IMG/VR virus record: IMGVR_UViG_3300033977_000108
Coordinates: 62,001-126,000 of that record
Length of the DNA stretch: 64,000 nucleotides
Direction: 5' to 3' (one strand)
Below are positions 18,342 to 28,072 of this stretch, in pieces. The translations under genes were made by a program, and so were the position numbers. The notes under the pieces are model-generated. The model saw only the letters and a list, made by a program, of their open reading frames with translations. It ran no database searches and had not been told where the DNA came from. The first letter of the stretch is position 1; the number at the start of each line of letters is the position of its first letter.

Positions 18342-21300
18342 ATGTCATTGCCTTATGACCAATCATTCTTTGTTCTTGACATTGAGACGGGCGGCGAGCT
18401 TCTCGAACGCGGCGGGGAAAGTGTAGCCGGGTTTTTTGAGGCAAGTGAACGAGGCCGCTTTGTTGGCAGTGCCTACCATACTCTTCACTCCAATCATCCA
18501 CTCTTACAAGTAGACGTCTATAGAGGCGGAGCATTTGCTCCTATTGGCGGCCCAGGCGGCGGTTATGTGCGCCCGCCTGTGGGCGCTATTGCCAGCACTT
18601 TCTCCCTGAAAAAAGGCACTTGGGAGCGCGCGATGGCTTCTTCCATGACGGAGGAGGAGGCCGCCCATAGAGTATTTGAAGAGCTGGCAGCCCACATAGG
18701 GCAACATAAGCCTGCTATAGTCAGTGGCTATCACCCACTATACGATTTATCCTTTATTGAGACTCTTACCTGGCGCTATCCGAGCTTGTCTGCTTATAGG
18801 GGCAAACTTGCCGAATGGCGTCGGTTAGGACAGCTGAAAATTCAGGAGCTTGAGGAACCTTTCCTACGCCTGGCCCTGGCTTTTGGACAGCAGCATAAGG
18901 AATTCGCAGAGAAGTTCTTCCGTATGGGGCCGAACACCCCAATCACCCCAGCCTACTGGCCTGGCAAGCTGGCAGAGACCTTTGAGGAGATGAAGTTCGT
19001 TCCTGGATGGGGCCAGGAAAATATAGTAAGAGCATTGGGTGGTCAGAGGTTTTTAAAGTCATTACAACTGCTCTATCCATATGTCAATCTTACCGGTTTG
19101 CATGAAGCCCGTACTGACATCATCGCTTCTATTCACTCTTACGAGTTATTCCAGAGGGCATTACAAAAAGTAGAGGCTGGAGTAGATATTGAGACAGCCC
19201 TACAAGGTGCCCTACCAGACATAGGCCTTACGGCTGAAAGCTTCTTTAGATCGGTTTATCGTCCTTTTGAAACGGCGGCGGGCGCTATAACAACAAAATC
19301 AGTCGCCCGAGCCGGCTCCCGCATAAAAGGCAAATACTGGGCCATAGCAGCTGGCGCTACTCTATTATCTGCTCTATTGGCCAGCTCACGGGTCGGCAAG
19401 CCTGCTCATCACATAACCGGCTTACAAGATATAGGCCTGGCTCCTGAAGGCAGACACGCGCGCACCGACTTTGGATCCGGTTATCAGGGGCTGGATAAAA
19501 GTCCTACCCTTACCACTGCAGAATATATGCTGGCAGCCGGGGTATTATATGGGACTCATCGCTATCTCCTGCGCGCGGTGCCAGAATATGGTAAGACCCT
19601 ATTCAGTTTCTTCCGGACATTAGAAGAACGCTCGCCAGCGGGTATATTGAAGACTTTTAGTCTAGGGGATATATTTTCTGCTTATATACCCAGTACGCTC
19701 CATTATGAGCCAGGACAGCTAATCTCCAAGGGCACTGGTCTTTATACAGAACTGGGCGCCCATTTCCAAAGACTGACAGGCCTCGGTAAGGAACAAATGC
19801 GTGCTGGCTTGACCTTTGAAAGGGTCAGCACGGCCGAGCCATACATGCGATTGAAGGAAGCGCCTGGTGTTTCAGTAAGATTTGCCAGGCAAGGGCGATT
19901 GGTTACTTCTTCCGCTCGCTATGGCGCCCCCTTACGCCCAGCGCCTCCTATGCCAAAGACCTATATGTCTTTGGATCAGATGTTCAATCTAAAAGCTTGG
20001 AGTCGCGCATTTGAGGCCTTAAAGGAAACACAGCGCGGGCGGCGCCTACAAGGGATTGCTTGGAGCACTTTTGAAGGCGAGAAGATAGGATTTCAGCCTT
20101 TGTATGTCCGCCGCGGCCCTGGGGCGGCAAAACAGGTTGCCAGCCGCTTAGATACTTTACGACGCGTATTATTTGAACTGGCAGAACGCCCACAGCGATT
20201 AATGACTGAGGCGGGAGTAGGCCTAAAGGCAGGCTCCTATAACAAAGTCTTCAACTTTCCGTTTGTAGGGAAAGGCGGGCTGATAAATCAGCTCCTTCTA
20301 AAGCGAGTTTTACCAGCTTATCTTGCTTATACCGGCCTGCGTTGGCTGGATTACAAGACGGGCCATAGAGCGAGCGATGCCATAGCTGGCCTGCCTTTGC
20401 ATGCTAATATCTTGCGGGCAGAGCTCACAGACTTTATACCTGGCCTGCGCAAGGTAACGGATTTCTATGCCAGGAATGTGCCTGGGCCCCAATATGGGCC
20501 TTTGGCCTTACCTGCAGGCGGTGCTTTTCTTGGTGCGGCCTTGCACTATGCTCATGTTTTACAGGGTCGATTCCAAACAGAGGCCGTTAGAAAAGCCGCG
20601 CTTTCAAAATATGGCAAAGTGGGAGCCTTGATTGGCGCCGCCCTTATGCTGCCATTGCTGCCGGGTATGATAGGCAGCCGAAAGACAGCGGATGAACTGC
20701 GCCGTATCTATTCCGGCGAAGAGGAAATACCGGTCAGGGCCGGGCGCTGGTGGGAGGTGGGCTCCACCCCATTCTGGGGCGGACGCATCAAGTATTTTAG
20801 ACCGCATTGGTATGCCAGAATGAAGGCGCGCTCCGAAGCGGTTTCATTGTGGGGCTCCGAGGAAGAGTATTGGAGACATCACCCTCTACTGCACCCTATA
20901 CGGGCATTCACACATCCTTATGAACTGGAAGAGAGGAACTATTGGCAACGGCCTTATCCGGTAACCTCGCCTGCCTTTTCTAATGTTCCATTGATTGGGC
21001 CTATTCTCGCCGCGACAATAGGCAAAATAGTAAAGCCGCCACGCTACATGCATCAGGGCGAATGGTCCCCGGAAGAATACACCCTTTATAGTCCGAGGCT
21101 GGAGCCGAAGGAGGGCGGCCTGCCTCCAGCGCGCGCTAGAGATGAGTATGGCCTGATGGATGTACTCAAGCGCGAGGCGTATAATGTCACCGAATTCATA
21201 GGATTGCCTGGGTTTATAGCCCAAAGCTTATGGCAACGTATTCATCCGCCGCAGCCCGGCGGGCCTCCTATGCTACAGGGTAGCAGGCAAATGACCAACA

Positions 21301-23264
21301 TTTCCAGGCGCTATTATGAGAAAGAGTTAGGCGCTTTGATAGGAATAACGCCTAGCGCTGATATATATGGATTTTCAGAGCCTCTTCGTCGCTTCATTCA
21401 GCCCGAACGGCTCGGCGCCCAAGTCAATGAAATACCAAATCAGATGCCTTCTTGGCTGCCTGGCGAGGATTACTATACCAACTTCCGCGTAGGTGATATT
21501 TATGCCCGCATACCAGAAGGTTATATGCGATTGCCGGGGGCTGGCTATGAGGCGCTACACCCGGAATTGCAAGGTCTAAAGCCCGAGGAATATCCTGATT
21601 TGACAAAGCTCAGAATTCTGGCTGATGTCGCACCTTATTCAAGGCAATATGAATCAATGCGTGTCCGAATGCAGGCTGAAGCCCGGCGCGATACAAACTT
21701 GGCTATTGAAGTTGATAGAGTAACGCAACAAGTAGAACGATTGAAGAAATCTACTATTCAACTTAGTCATCGTCGCTTTACCGAAGAGGTGCAGAAGATA
21801 CGCGGTACTATAAAAGCCGCTGGTCCGACAGGCGTGCTACTGGAAGAATATCCTGGCCGCACTTTCCAATTTAGCGCCCTCGGTATGTCAATGTCGGACA
21901 TGTCAGCCGTTGTATTGGGAGAACAGAATGCCCTGACTCGGACGCAAATGGTACAGGAGGTAGAGCGCAGACAACAGCGGAGAGATGAGTTTATTGCGAA
22001 CTATTTACAGCCCGGGACCCAAGTATTCGCGACTGTGCCGGTAGGCGCCGTAGAACATGCCCCCGAAATACAAGCGGTACTTGAAACACGCGATATAAAC
22101 ATCAACAGGGCCCTCATCAACCAAGGATTAGCCAGATTGCGACCAGAGGAGGCCGGAGCTGAATATCAGGCCATGGAAGGACCTGCTGGAAGGGTATTAG
22201 GCACTCTGGCCGAATCTTTAGCCTTTGCCGGCGATCAGAGTATGTTCAATCCGATGCGCTACATACCGACGCCATTCGGCACCAAACTTTGGCAGATGCA
22301 AACGCCCCTCGCACGCTATCAAGAAGAAGAGATTTACGGCAATCGTATGCGCAGATGGGACAGACCTTTACATGATTTCTTGATGCCTTATCTGCGTGGT
22401 ATGACCCATAGACTGACCGGTCAGAATTTGATGCCGGCCGAGGTACAACACAAGAGAAACTTGAATGAGTTGGCTGATGTTATGAAATACTTGCGCGGCA
22501 TACAATCCGGCAGTGCCATGCAAGCAGCCCGCACAGCAATGGGAGCTAATTTGTTTGCCGAGCCTTCATATGTAATGTCCACTTTACCACGACGTGAACA
22601 GCTTTATTTCGCCGACTTTCTGAATGAAACGAACCCTGATAAGCGCAGAGAGATTCTTGATTCTGTGGCGCCGGAGACCGCCCGTGCCTTGCAGGCTCAA
22701 TGGGTAACCAGAGATGCCAGTATACTTCGTGCAGAAGGGAAGCGAGTCCCACCTATAGGCGAAGGCGGCCGGCTATACACACCAGAGGATGTTGAAGATT
22801 ATGAGCGCGCCCAGACTGATTTGACCTATGGTCAGTATGTCCGAAGCAGGGAGATAGCCGAGTTCTTTGCTCGCACTGGCTGGGCTATGCCAGAAGCGGG
22901 GGCCGATGCCTACAATCCTGCCATTGACTACGAAGATTTGAAAGTCAAGATGCTAATGCAGGAAGGCTATAATCTGCACGATTTCAATCTTTATGACGAC
23001 CGCGCCAATACCGTCTGGCGTAAGCCCTATCTGGATGGAGCTATACGGGAGCTCACCAGTGGCGGAAATCGGTCGGTAGAGAACATCAGGCGCACGGTAG
23101 AAAGACTTATGCTGGACTCACAAGGCGGCAATCCGAAAGTGATTGCTACGGGGCATCCGTCTAATCAACCGATAAATCGTGTAAATGTTACCTTTGATGA
23201 ACATCCGGAGAACGACATGCTCCGTGACATACAGCGTAATAGAGAAGAGTATGCGGTAGGCTAA
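18342..23264 (+). CDS. 1640-aa virion/tape-measure-locus protein with N-terminal DEDDh exonuclease domain, TM segments and a degenerate SNase-like domain
   Basis: VLDIETGG / GYHPLYDL / LHEARTD; hydrophobic YWAIAAGATLLSALL and GALIGAALMLPLL; NINRALINQGLA. Confidence 0.6.
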   Translation: MSLPYDQSFFVLDIETGGELLERGGESVAGFFEASERGRFVGSAYHTLHSNHPLLQVDVYRGGAFAPIGGPGGGYVRPPVGAIASTFSLKKGTWERAMASSMTEEEAAHRVFEELAAHIGQHKPAIVSGYHPLYDLSFIETLTWRYPSLSAYRGKLAEWRRLGQLKIQELEEPFLRLALAFGQQHKEFAEKFFRMGPNTPITPAYWPGKLAETFEEMKFVPGWGQENIVRALGGQRFLKSLQLLYPYVNLTGLHEARTDIIASIHSYELFQRALQKVEAGVDIETALQGALPDIGLTAESFFRSVYRPFETAAGAITTKSVARAGSRIKGKYWAIAAGATLLSALLASSRVGKPAHHITGLQDIGLAPEGRHARTDFGSGYQGLDKSPTLTTAEYMLAAGVLYGTHRYLLRAVPEYGKTLFSFFRTLEERSPAGILKTFSLGDIFSAYIPSTLHYEPGQLISKGTGLYTELGAHFQRLTGLGKEQMRAGLTFERVSTAEPYMRLKEAPGVSVRFARQGRLVTSSARYGAPLRPAPPMPKTYMSLDQMFNLKAWSRAFEALKETQRGRRLQGIAWSTFEGEKIGFQPLYVRRGPGAAKQVASRLDTLRRVLFELAERPQRLMTEAGVGLKAGSYNKVFNFPFVGKGGLINQLLLKRVLPAYLAYTGLRWLDYKTGHRASDAIAGLPLHANILRAELTDFIPGLRKVTDFYARNVPGPQYGPLALPAGGAFLGAALHYAHVLQGRFQTEAVRKAALSKYGKVGALIGAALMLPLLPGMIGSRKTADELRRIYSGEEEIPVRAGRWWEVGSTPFWGGRIKYFRPHWYARMKARSEAVSLWGSEEEYWRHHPLLHPIRAFTHPYELEERNYWQRPYPVTSPAFSNVPLIGPILAATIGKIVKPPRYMHQGEWSPEEYTLYSPRLEPKEGGLPPARARDEYGLMDVLKREAYNVTEFIGLPGFIAQSLWQRIHPPQPGGPPMLQGSRQMTNISRRYYEKELGALIGITPSADIYGFSEPLRRFIQPERLGAQVNEIPNQMPSWLPGEDYYTNFRVGDIYARIPEGYMRLPGAGYEALHPELQGLKPEEYPDLTKLRILADVAPYSRQYESMRVRMQAEARRDTNLAIEVDRVTQQVERLKKSTIQLSHRRFTEEVQKIRGTIKAAGPTGVLLEEYPGRTFQFSALGMSMSDMSAVVLGEQNALTRTQMVQEVERRQQRRDEFIANYLQPGTQVFATVPVGAVEHAPEIQAVLETRDININRALINQGLARLRPEEAGAEYQAMEGPAGRVLGTLAESLAFAGDQSMFNPMRYIPTPFGTKLWQMQTPLARYQEEEIYGNRMRRWDRPLHDFLMPYLRGMTHRLTGQNLMPAEVQHKRNLNELADVMKYLRGIQSGSAMQAARTAMGANLFAEPSYVMSTLPRREQLYFADFLNETNPDKRREILDSVAPETARALQAQWVTRDASILRAEGKRVPPIGEGGRLYTPEDVEDYERAQTDLTYGQYVRSREIAEFFARTGWAMPEAGADAYNPAIDYEDLKVKMLMQEGYNLHDFNLYDDRANTVWRKPYLDGAIRELTSGGNRSVENIRRTVERLMLDSQGGNPKVIATGHPSNQPINRVNVTFDEHPENDMLRDIQRNREEYAVG

Positions 23265-26200
23265 TGGCGTTGAATCCTTTTCTAAAGTTCGCCAGTAATC
23301 CGGTTCTCACCGGGCTGACCGGCTTGGCAGCCGTGACAGCGCCGTTTGCTATGCGAACGGAGAATCGCGGCTATTTTAAGACGGCAGCCATTACTACTCC
23401 TTTGATACTGGCAGCAGGCATTGCTGCACCATCCTTTATTTCCTCGGCGGCATCCGCCATTTCAGAACATGTACGCTTTACTGGTAGGGCTTTTAGCAAA
23501 TTGGCCCAAGCCGGTTCTATGGATTATAAGACACTCCGGCAATTCTTGGAAACGGGCAACATAGGGAGTTCTGCTTATGACGCGGCCAGCGAATTTCTAC
23601 CGGCTGCCGCAATAGATTGGCTTGGCCAGTTTGGCCGGCCAGCCGCCAAAACGCTTACGCAAAGATTGACAGACATTACCACTTTGTTGAATAATATGGC
23701 TACCAATGAGTTATGGGAGGAGAACAAATGGCTGCTCACTCATGCCTTTGAGCGCAGCCGCCTAAGGACAACTCCTCCAGCGGCTTTGGCAGGTGCCGAT
23801 TTGACCATAGCTGGTACTCCTTTGGGCAGGGAAGAGCTTTTCCAACGCCTGCGCCAAGCCGAACTAAATAAGAATGAATACTTCTTGGAGGTGCTGGAAG
23901 GTCAGCTGCGCTATGGAGGCATGCTACGGGACCTCGGACCAATGACTGATATAGCAGCACAAGCGATACAAGCCATGCCGCCGGAAACATTTGGAGTAAA
24001 AGACCTGATTGGCGGTGTATCGCCTTTAGATTTGTTGAGAAGTCAGAAAAGAGAGAAGGTTTATGAAGCCCTAATGGCGAGGCAAAATCTATTGGACACC
24101 GCTACCTTTGTGGCAACCGATGTAGCGACAACGCCAAAACTTATCCGCATCAATCTTCGCCTTCCAGGAGGGGATTTAGCAATACCTATTTTGGATCCGA
24201 CTACAGGAGTTGTCCATGTCGGTGCTGATTATCGTATTGCTTCTGGTCGGGGTGTCTGGGAGCCGGTCGGGGATACAAAGACCGTGCGTATGGCTTTGGA
24301 TGAGTGGATAGCCTCTCATTTGGACCGGCCATTTGCGGATTTACAAAGTGCCTTGGATATAGCTCCTGTCGGCAGTATAGATAAACTGAATGCCTACAAA
24401 TATGAGAGCATGGCTGCTGATAGGGCCGCTGTTCTTACCCCGGGCGCTACGAAGCGTTATAGCATGGAATACATACCGGCCCCAGGTAAAGTATTCCCAG
24501 GAAATAGAACATACGAAGATTTGACGCAGGCCGAGAGGATGACTTATGCCCGCAGTGCCTTGGCCGATTGGGCATCTCCAATAACCGCAGAACATCCCTT
24601 CCTTGGTGGCACTTTTGGCGCCAGGGAGTTGGAGTTCTATACGGCTGGCCGCATGGCCCCGTGGAGTAGGCAATCGGAAGCCATGCGAGCATTCAACAAG
24701 CCCTTGCATTATGGTTATGTGCCGCTGGAACTTCGGCCCAGATTTACGACTGCTGCTATGGCAGGCGAAGCCTCGGTTAGACATACATTTGCTATGATAA
24801 GCCCACAGGAGGCCGAGTTGTTTGGCGGCTTACCCCTATCAACCGGCGGGCTGGCCGGCGGAAAAGGCGCGGCCATTGGAAGATTGAGATTTGAACACCC
24901 CAATCTAACAGAGGCACAAGCCTCGCAACTGTGGGATACCTTGGTTAGAGAGCAATTGAGTAATCCTGATGTATTACAGGCTGCCCGTTTGGCAGGAGGT
25001 CTGGGTGAAACAGAAGCCATCCTGAGACCTGGCCAGGCCACCCGGATACCAACTATCAAGAACCGCTGGATACCATTGAATACAGTCAACATACCTTTCA
25101 ATACGCCCTATGGACCCAATCAAGTAATAGGCTGGGGCGATATAGAGCGTGTTGTCTCCGAAGCCGATGAAACCCGCCTATTGAAATTGGAACGGAGCAT
25201 TTCAGGACAATTACAGGCTTTGGTAGAAGAGACTTACTTCTCCAGGACTGGGGATAAGCTGAATGTCGGTGGGGTAAAAGCCACCACTATTCAGCCTACT
25301 GCGGAGGATTTTGAGGCGTTGCGACAGGTTGTAAATCTGAAGCGCAGGATGCTTGGAGAAACTGAAATCCCAGAGGATGCCACCGCTCTAATCAATGAGA
25401 TGTTCTTCCATGAGAAAATACATGAGCCTGCTGGTCTATTAGCCGAGCAGGCTGCCAGCTTATACGAGGAAGCCAAGGCTTTGCAGACGGAGTTTCCTTT
25501 TGATCCCGCCCTCACCGAAGCTATGACAGCCTTTAGAGAGGGCATGGCGGCACAGAAAATCTCCTACACCGGCGCCGGATTTGAAGAAGATACAGCGGCA
25601 CTGGCTGGTTGGCTGCGGGAGGATTTGAATACACGACAGGCACGGATACTTGACCTCGCCGAAGGTTTAGCCAAGAACCTGGAAATCTACGCCGGCGCGC
25701 ATCGTGGAAGAATAATGAAGCATGGCGGCGTCCTAAAGGGTTTCCTGAATGCCAAGAATGAACAAAGCCTTCTGCGTTATACATTATTCCATCATTTGGA
25801 GGCCGGCACTGCCAAATGGAACGCCCAAGGCTTATATATGCCGAAGCGTACTGGGGTGACTTGGGAATTCTATAGCCGTCTCTACGAAAGTGGCTTGATT
25901 GAGTCAATGCGTACTGTTTTTGGCAGGGTCAATTTCTTACATGGCGAGATACGGCCGATGGCTGATTTGGCCCGCTATTTCGGCGCGGGAGATTATACGA
26001 AAGTCTTTGGCGAGCGAGTATTCAGCATGGCCGAAGCTGTGCCTTCCGGGTTCTCCATGAAGGGGCTTACTGGGCGAGTAGGCTTGTTTGATTATACTGA
26101 CCCAAGGTTTAGGAATCCCTTCTCTATTCGTCTTGACCGCCCGATTGATGTAGAGATGGGCAGGCAAATGGTAAAACATGAATACATCCCTGTATTGGGC

Positions 26201-28072
26201 TGGGGTACTTATGGCGGCGGCCCGAATATAGAAGGCCCAGGACAATTCTATGCCACCGCTTACGAGAAAGCCCTCAATAGACTTATCGCCGCTTCCAAGG
26301 GAACTGGGGTGGGCTATGGGGAAGCTTGGCGAGCTTATCAGGACGCCATCGCCAAAGCGGCATTTGGGAAAGAGGGAGCTGTTTGGAGGGCTACGACATT
26401 TGATCCGATGGCTATAAGTGCGACATCAGAGCAGATAGCCAAACTTGAAGGCAGGAGTCCATTTGAGATTTTTGTATCGGAAGAAATAGCCGAAGGCTTT
26501 GGACCAGAGGTGCGTGCTGCTATGAGGAAGGAGGGTGTTTATGGCATCATAACTCGGCACCCGGAACAGGCGACATTGCCTATTTTGGTCAGAGTTCCAG
26601 CTAGGAATTCAGCCGAGATAGCGCTCCTGGGGAAGCGTGGCATTGGCATTTCTAAACAATTGGCAGGTGCTTTGGAGGCGGATTTTGATGCTGACACTTT
26701 GAACTTATTTTTGATGTCGCCGCGCGATAGACCAGCGATTGCCGAATTGAGGGCGGCTATAGAAGAACCGACAAGCTTTGCTAATCAATATCTCAACACC
26801 ATCAATCTTATGTATGCCAATGCCGAAGCGTCGGCTACCCATAGGATGAGTACAATACGCGGCGAGGGCTCTCCTTGGGAATACTTGCTTGGTAAGGTAG
26901 GTAAAGAGGCCGGCAATGTGGAAACAGCCGCCTCTCGATTGAGCGGTCGATTCATAGGACATTTTGCGAATCTGGTGTATGCGTCCCAGACTATGTTGAG
27001 AAGCCATCCAGCTTTTATGATTGACCCCAAAGAGCGGGCATTTTTGAGCAATGTGTTGTGGCTCCCGAAACAGGCAGCCATCGGCGCAGTGAAAAGCACA
27101 CAAGCCGTTGGGACACAAACCGCGGTAGAGACTATCTTTGAACGGATGCGCGCCGGCCTGGGTATGGGGACCAAAGTAGGTGCCGAGCAATATATTTCTG
27201 GCTTGCAGGAGATTGCCAAAGGCTGGAAGTGGGAGGCAGCCCTAACACCTGAAACAGCAGCCCAATTGTTTGGCGTATCCGAACAAGAGCTGGCCGAAAG
27301 CATCGGTATGGGAACGGTTGGCAATTTACGGCAAGCCATGCGCGATCAGAGACACTTCAATATTGTGCAGCAGGTAGTGGGGTCTGAACGCGTCCGGCGG
27401 GATTTGGAAACCTTGATTCAACATCCTTATGGGCAACAAGCAAGGAATGTCACCCATTTGTTGATGACACCTTCTGAAAGAATAACCACAGAGGCCTTTC
27501 AGGAGTTTCGCCGTATTGGCAATGTGGCTCCTGAATTACAGGCATTGGCTGGCGAGCAGCGTGGAATACGCGATGTCGTGGCTGGTATTCTTGGCGCTTG
27601 GAATCGGGAAACCGCTGCTGCCCGAGGCGCTGTTGGCAAAGCCTTCAAAAGTACTCTACCTATACTGGGCTTGGGACTTGGCGCCGCTGCTTTGGCCGGC
27701 GTATTTGTCGGTGGCGGAATGGGAGAAAAAAGTGCCTCTGCTTATCGGCCAGAAATGGCTTTGGGAACGACCGATAATGTCCCAGGTGAGCCTATTGCTG
27801 GCCTTATGGCGCCTGTCCGACCGCCCAGAAGGATTATACCCGGGCCGCCAATGACAAGGACAGCAGTAATTGCACCTATGCGTCAGTCTGTGGATTTAGA
27901 GGTCAGATCTCCTTCTGGGGACCGAGAACGAGCAGCTGAGCTTAGCCGAGTGGTTTCACAGGTAGCTGGTGGAGGCATCACGTTCTCAAATATCAACTAT
28001 GTGAATGGTCATAAGCGATTGAGCACGCTGCGCATGAGACAAAAGGTACATGAAATGTTAGGTGAAGAATAA
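23264..28072 (+). CDS. 1602-aa putative single-chain double-psi beta-barrel RNA polymerase (virion-associated)
   Basis: GDKLNVGGVK (25250), ITRHP (R at 26555), LEADFDADTL (DFDAD 26681-26695); hydrophobic termini. Confidence 0.6.
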   Translation: MALNPFLKFASNPVLTGLTGLAAVTAPFAMRTENRGYFKTAAITTPLILAAGIAAPSFISSAASAISEHVRFTGRAFSKLAQAGSMDYKTLRQFLETGNIGSSAYDAASEFLPAAAIDWLGQFGRPAAKTLTQRLTDITTLLNNMATNELWEENKWLLTHAFERSRLRTTPPAALAGADLTIAGTPLGREELFQRLRQAELNKNEYFLEVLEGQLRYGGMLRDLGPMTDIAAQAIQAMPPETFGVKDLIGGVSPLDLLRSQKREKVYEALMARQNLLDTATFVATDVATTPKLIRINLRLPGGDLAIPILDPTTGVVHVGADYRIASGRGVWEPVGDTKTVRMALDEWIASHLDRPFADLQSALDIAPVGSIDKLNAYKYESMAADRAAVLTPGATKRYSMEYIPAPGKVFPGNRTYEDLTQAERMTYARSALADWASPITAEHPFLGGTFGARELEFYTAGRMAPWSRQSEAMRAFNKPLHYGYVPLELRPRFTTAAMAGEASVRHTFAMISPQEAELFGGLPLSTGGLAGGKGAAIGRLRFEHPNLTEAQASQLWDTLVREQLSNPDVLQAARLAGGLGETEAILRPGQATRIPTIKNRWIPLNTVNIPFNTPYGPNQVIGWGDIERVVSEADETRLLKLERSISGQLQALVEETYFSRTGDKLNVGGVKATTIQPTAEDFEALRQVVNLKRRMLGETEIPEDATALINEMFFHEKIHEPAGLLAEQAASLYEEAKALQTEFPFDPALTEAMTAFREGMAAQKISYTGAGFEEDTAALAGWLREDLNTRQARILDLAEGLAKNLEIYAGAHRGRIMKHGGVLKGFLNAKNEQSLLRYTLFHHLEAGTAKWNAQGLYMPKRTGVTWEFYSRLYESGLIESMRTVFGRVNFLHGEIRPMADLARYFGAGDYTKVFGERVFSMAEAVPSGFSMKGLTGRVGLFDYTDPRFRNPFSIRLDRPIDVEMGRQMVKHEYIPVLGWGTYGGGPNIEGPGQFYATAYEKALNRLIAASKGTGVGYGEAWRAYQDAIAKAAFGKEGAVWRATTFDPMAISATSEQIAKLEGRSPFEIFVSEEIAEGFGPEVRAAMRKEGVYGIITRHPEQATLPILVRVPARNSAEIALLGKRGIGISKQLAGALEADFDADTLNLFLMSPRDRPAIAELRAAIEEPTSFANQYLNTINLMYANAEASATHRMSTIRGEGSPWEYLLGKVGKEAGNVETAASRLSGRFIGHFANLVYASQTMLRSHPAFMIDPKERAFLSNVLWLPKQAAIGAVKSTQAVGTQTAVETIFERMRAGLGMGTKVGAEQYISGLQEIAKGWKWEAALTPETAAQLFGVSEQELAESIGMGTVGNLRQAMRDQRHFNIVQQVVGSERVRRDLETLIQHPYGQQARNVTHLLMTPSERITTEAFQEFRRIGNVAPELQALAGEQRGIRDVVAGILGAWNRETAAARGAVGKAFKSTLPILGLGLGAAALAGVFVGGGMGEKSASAYRPEMALGTTDNVPGEPIAGLMAPVRPPRRIIPGPPMTRTAVIAPMRQSVDLEVRSPSGDRERAAELSRVVSQVAGGGITFSNINYVNGHKRLSTLRMRQKVHEMLGEE

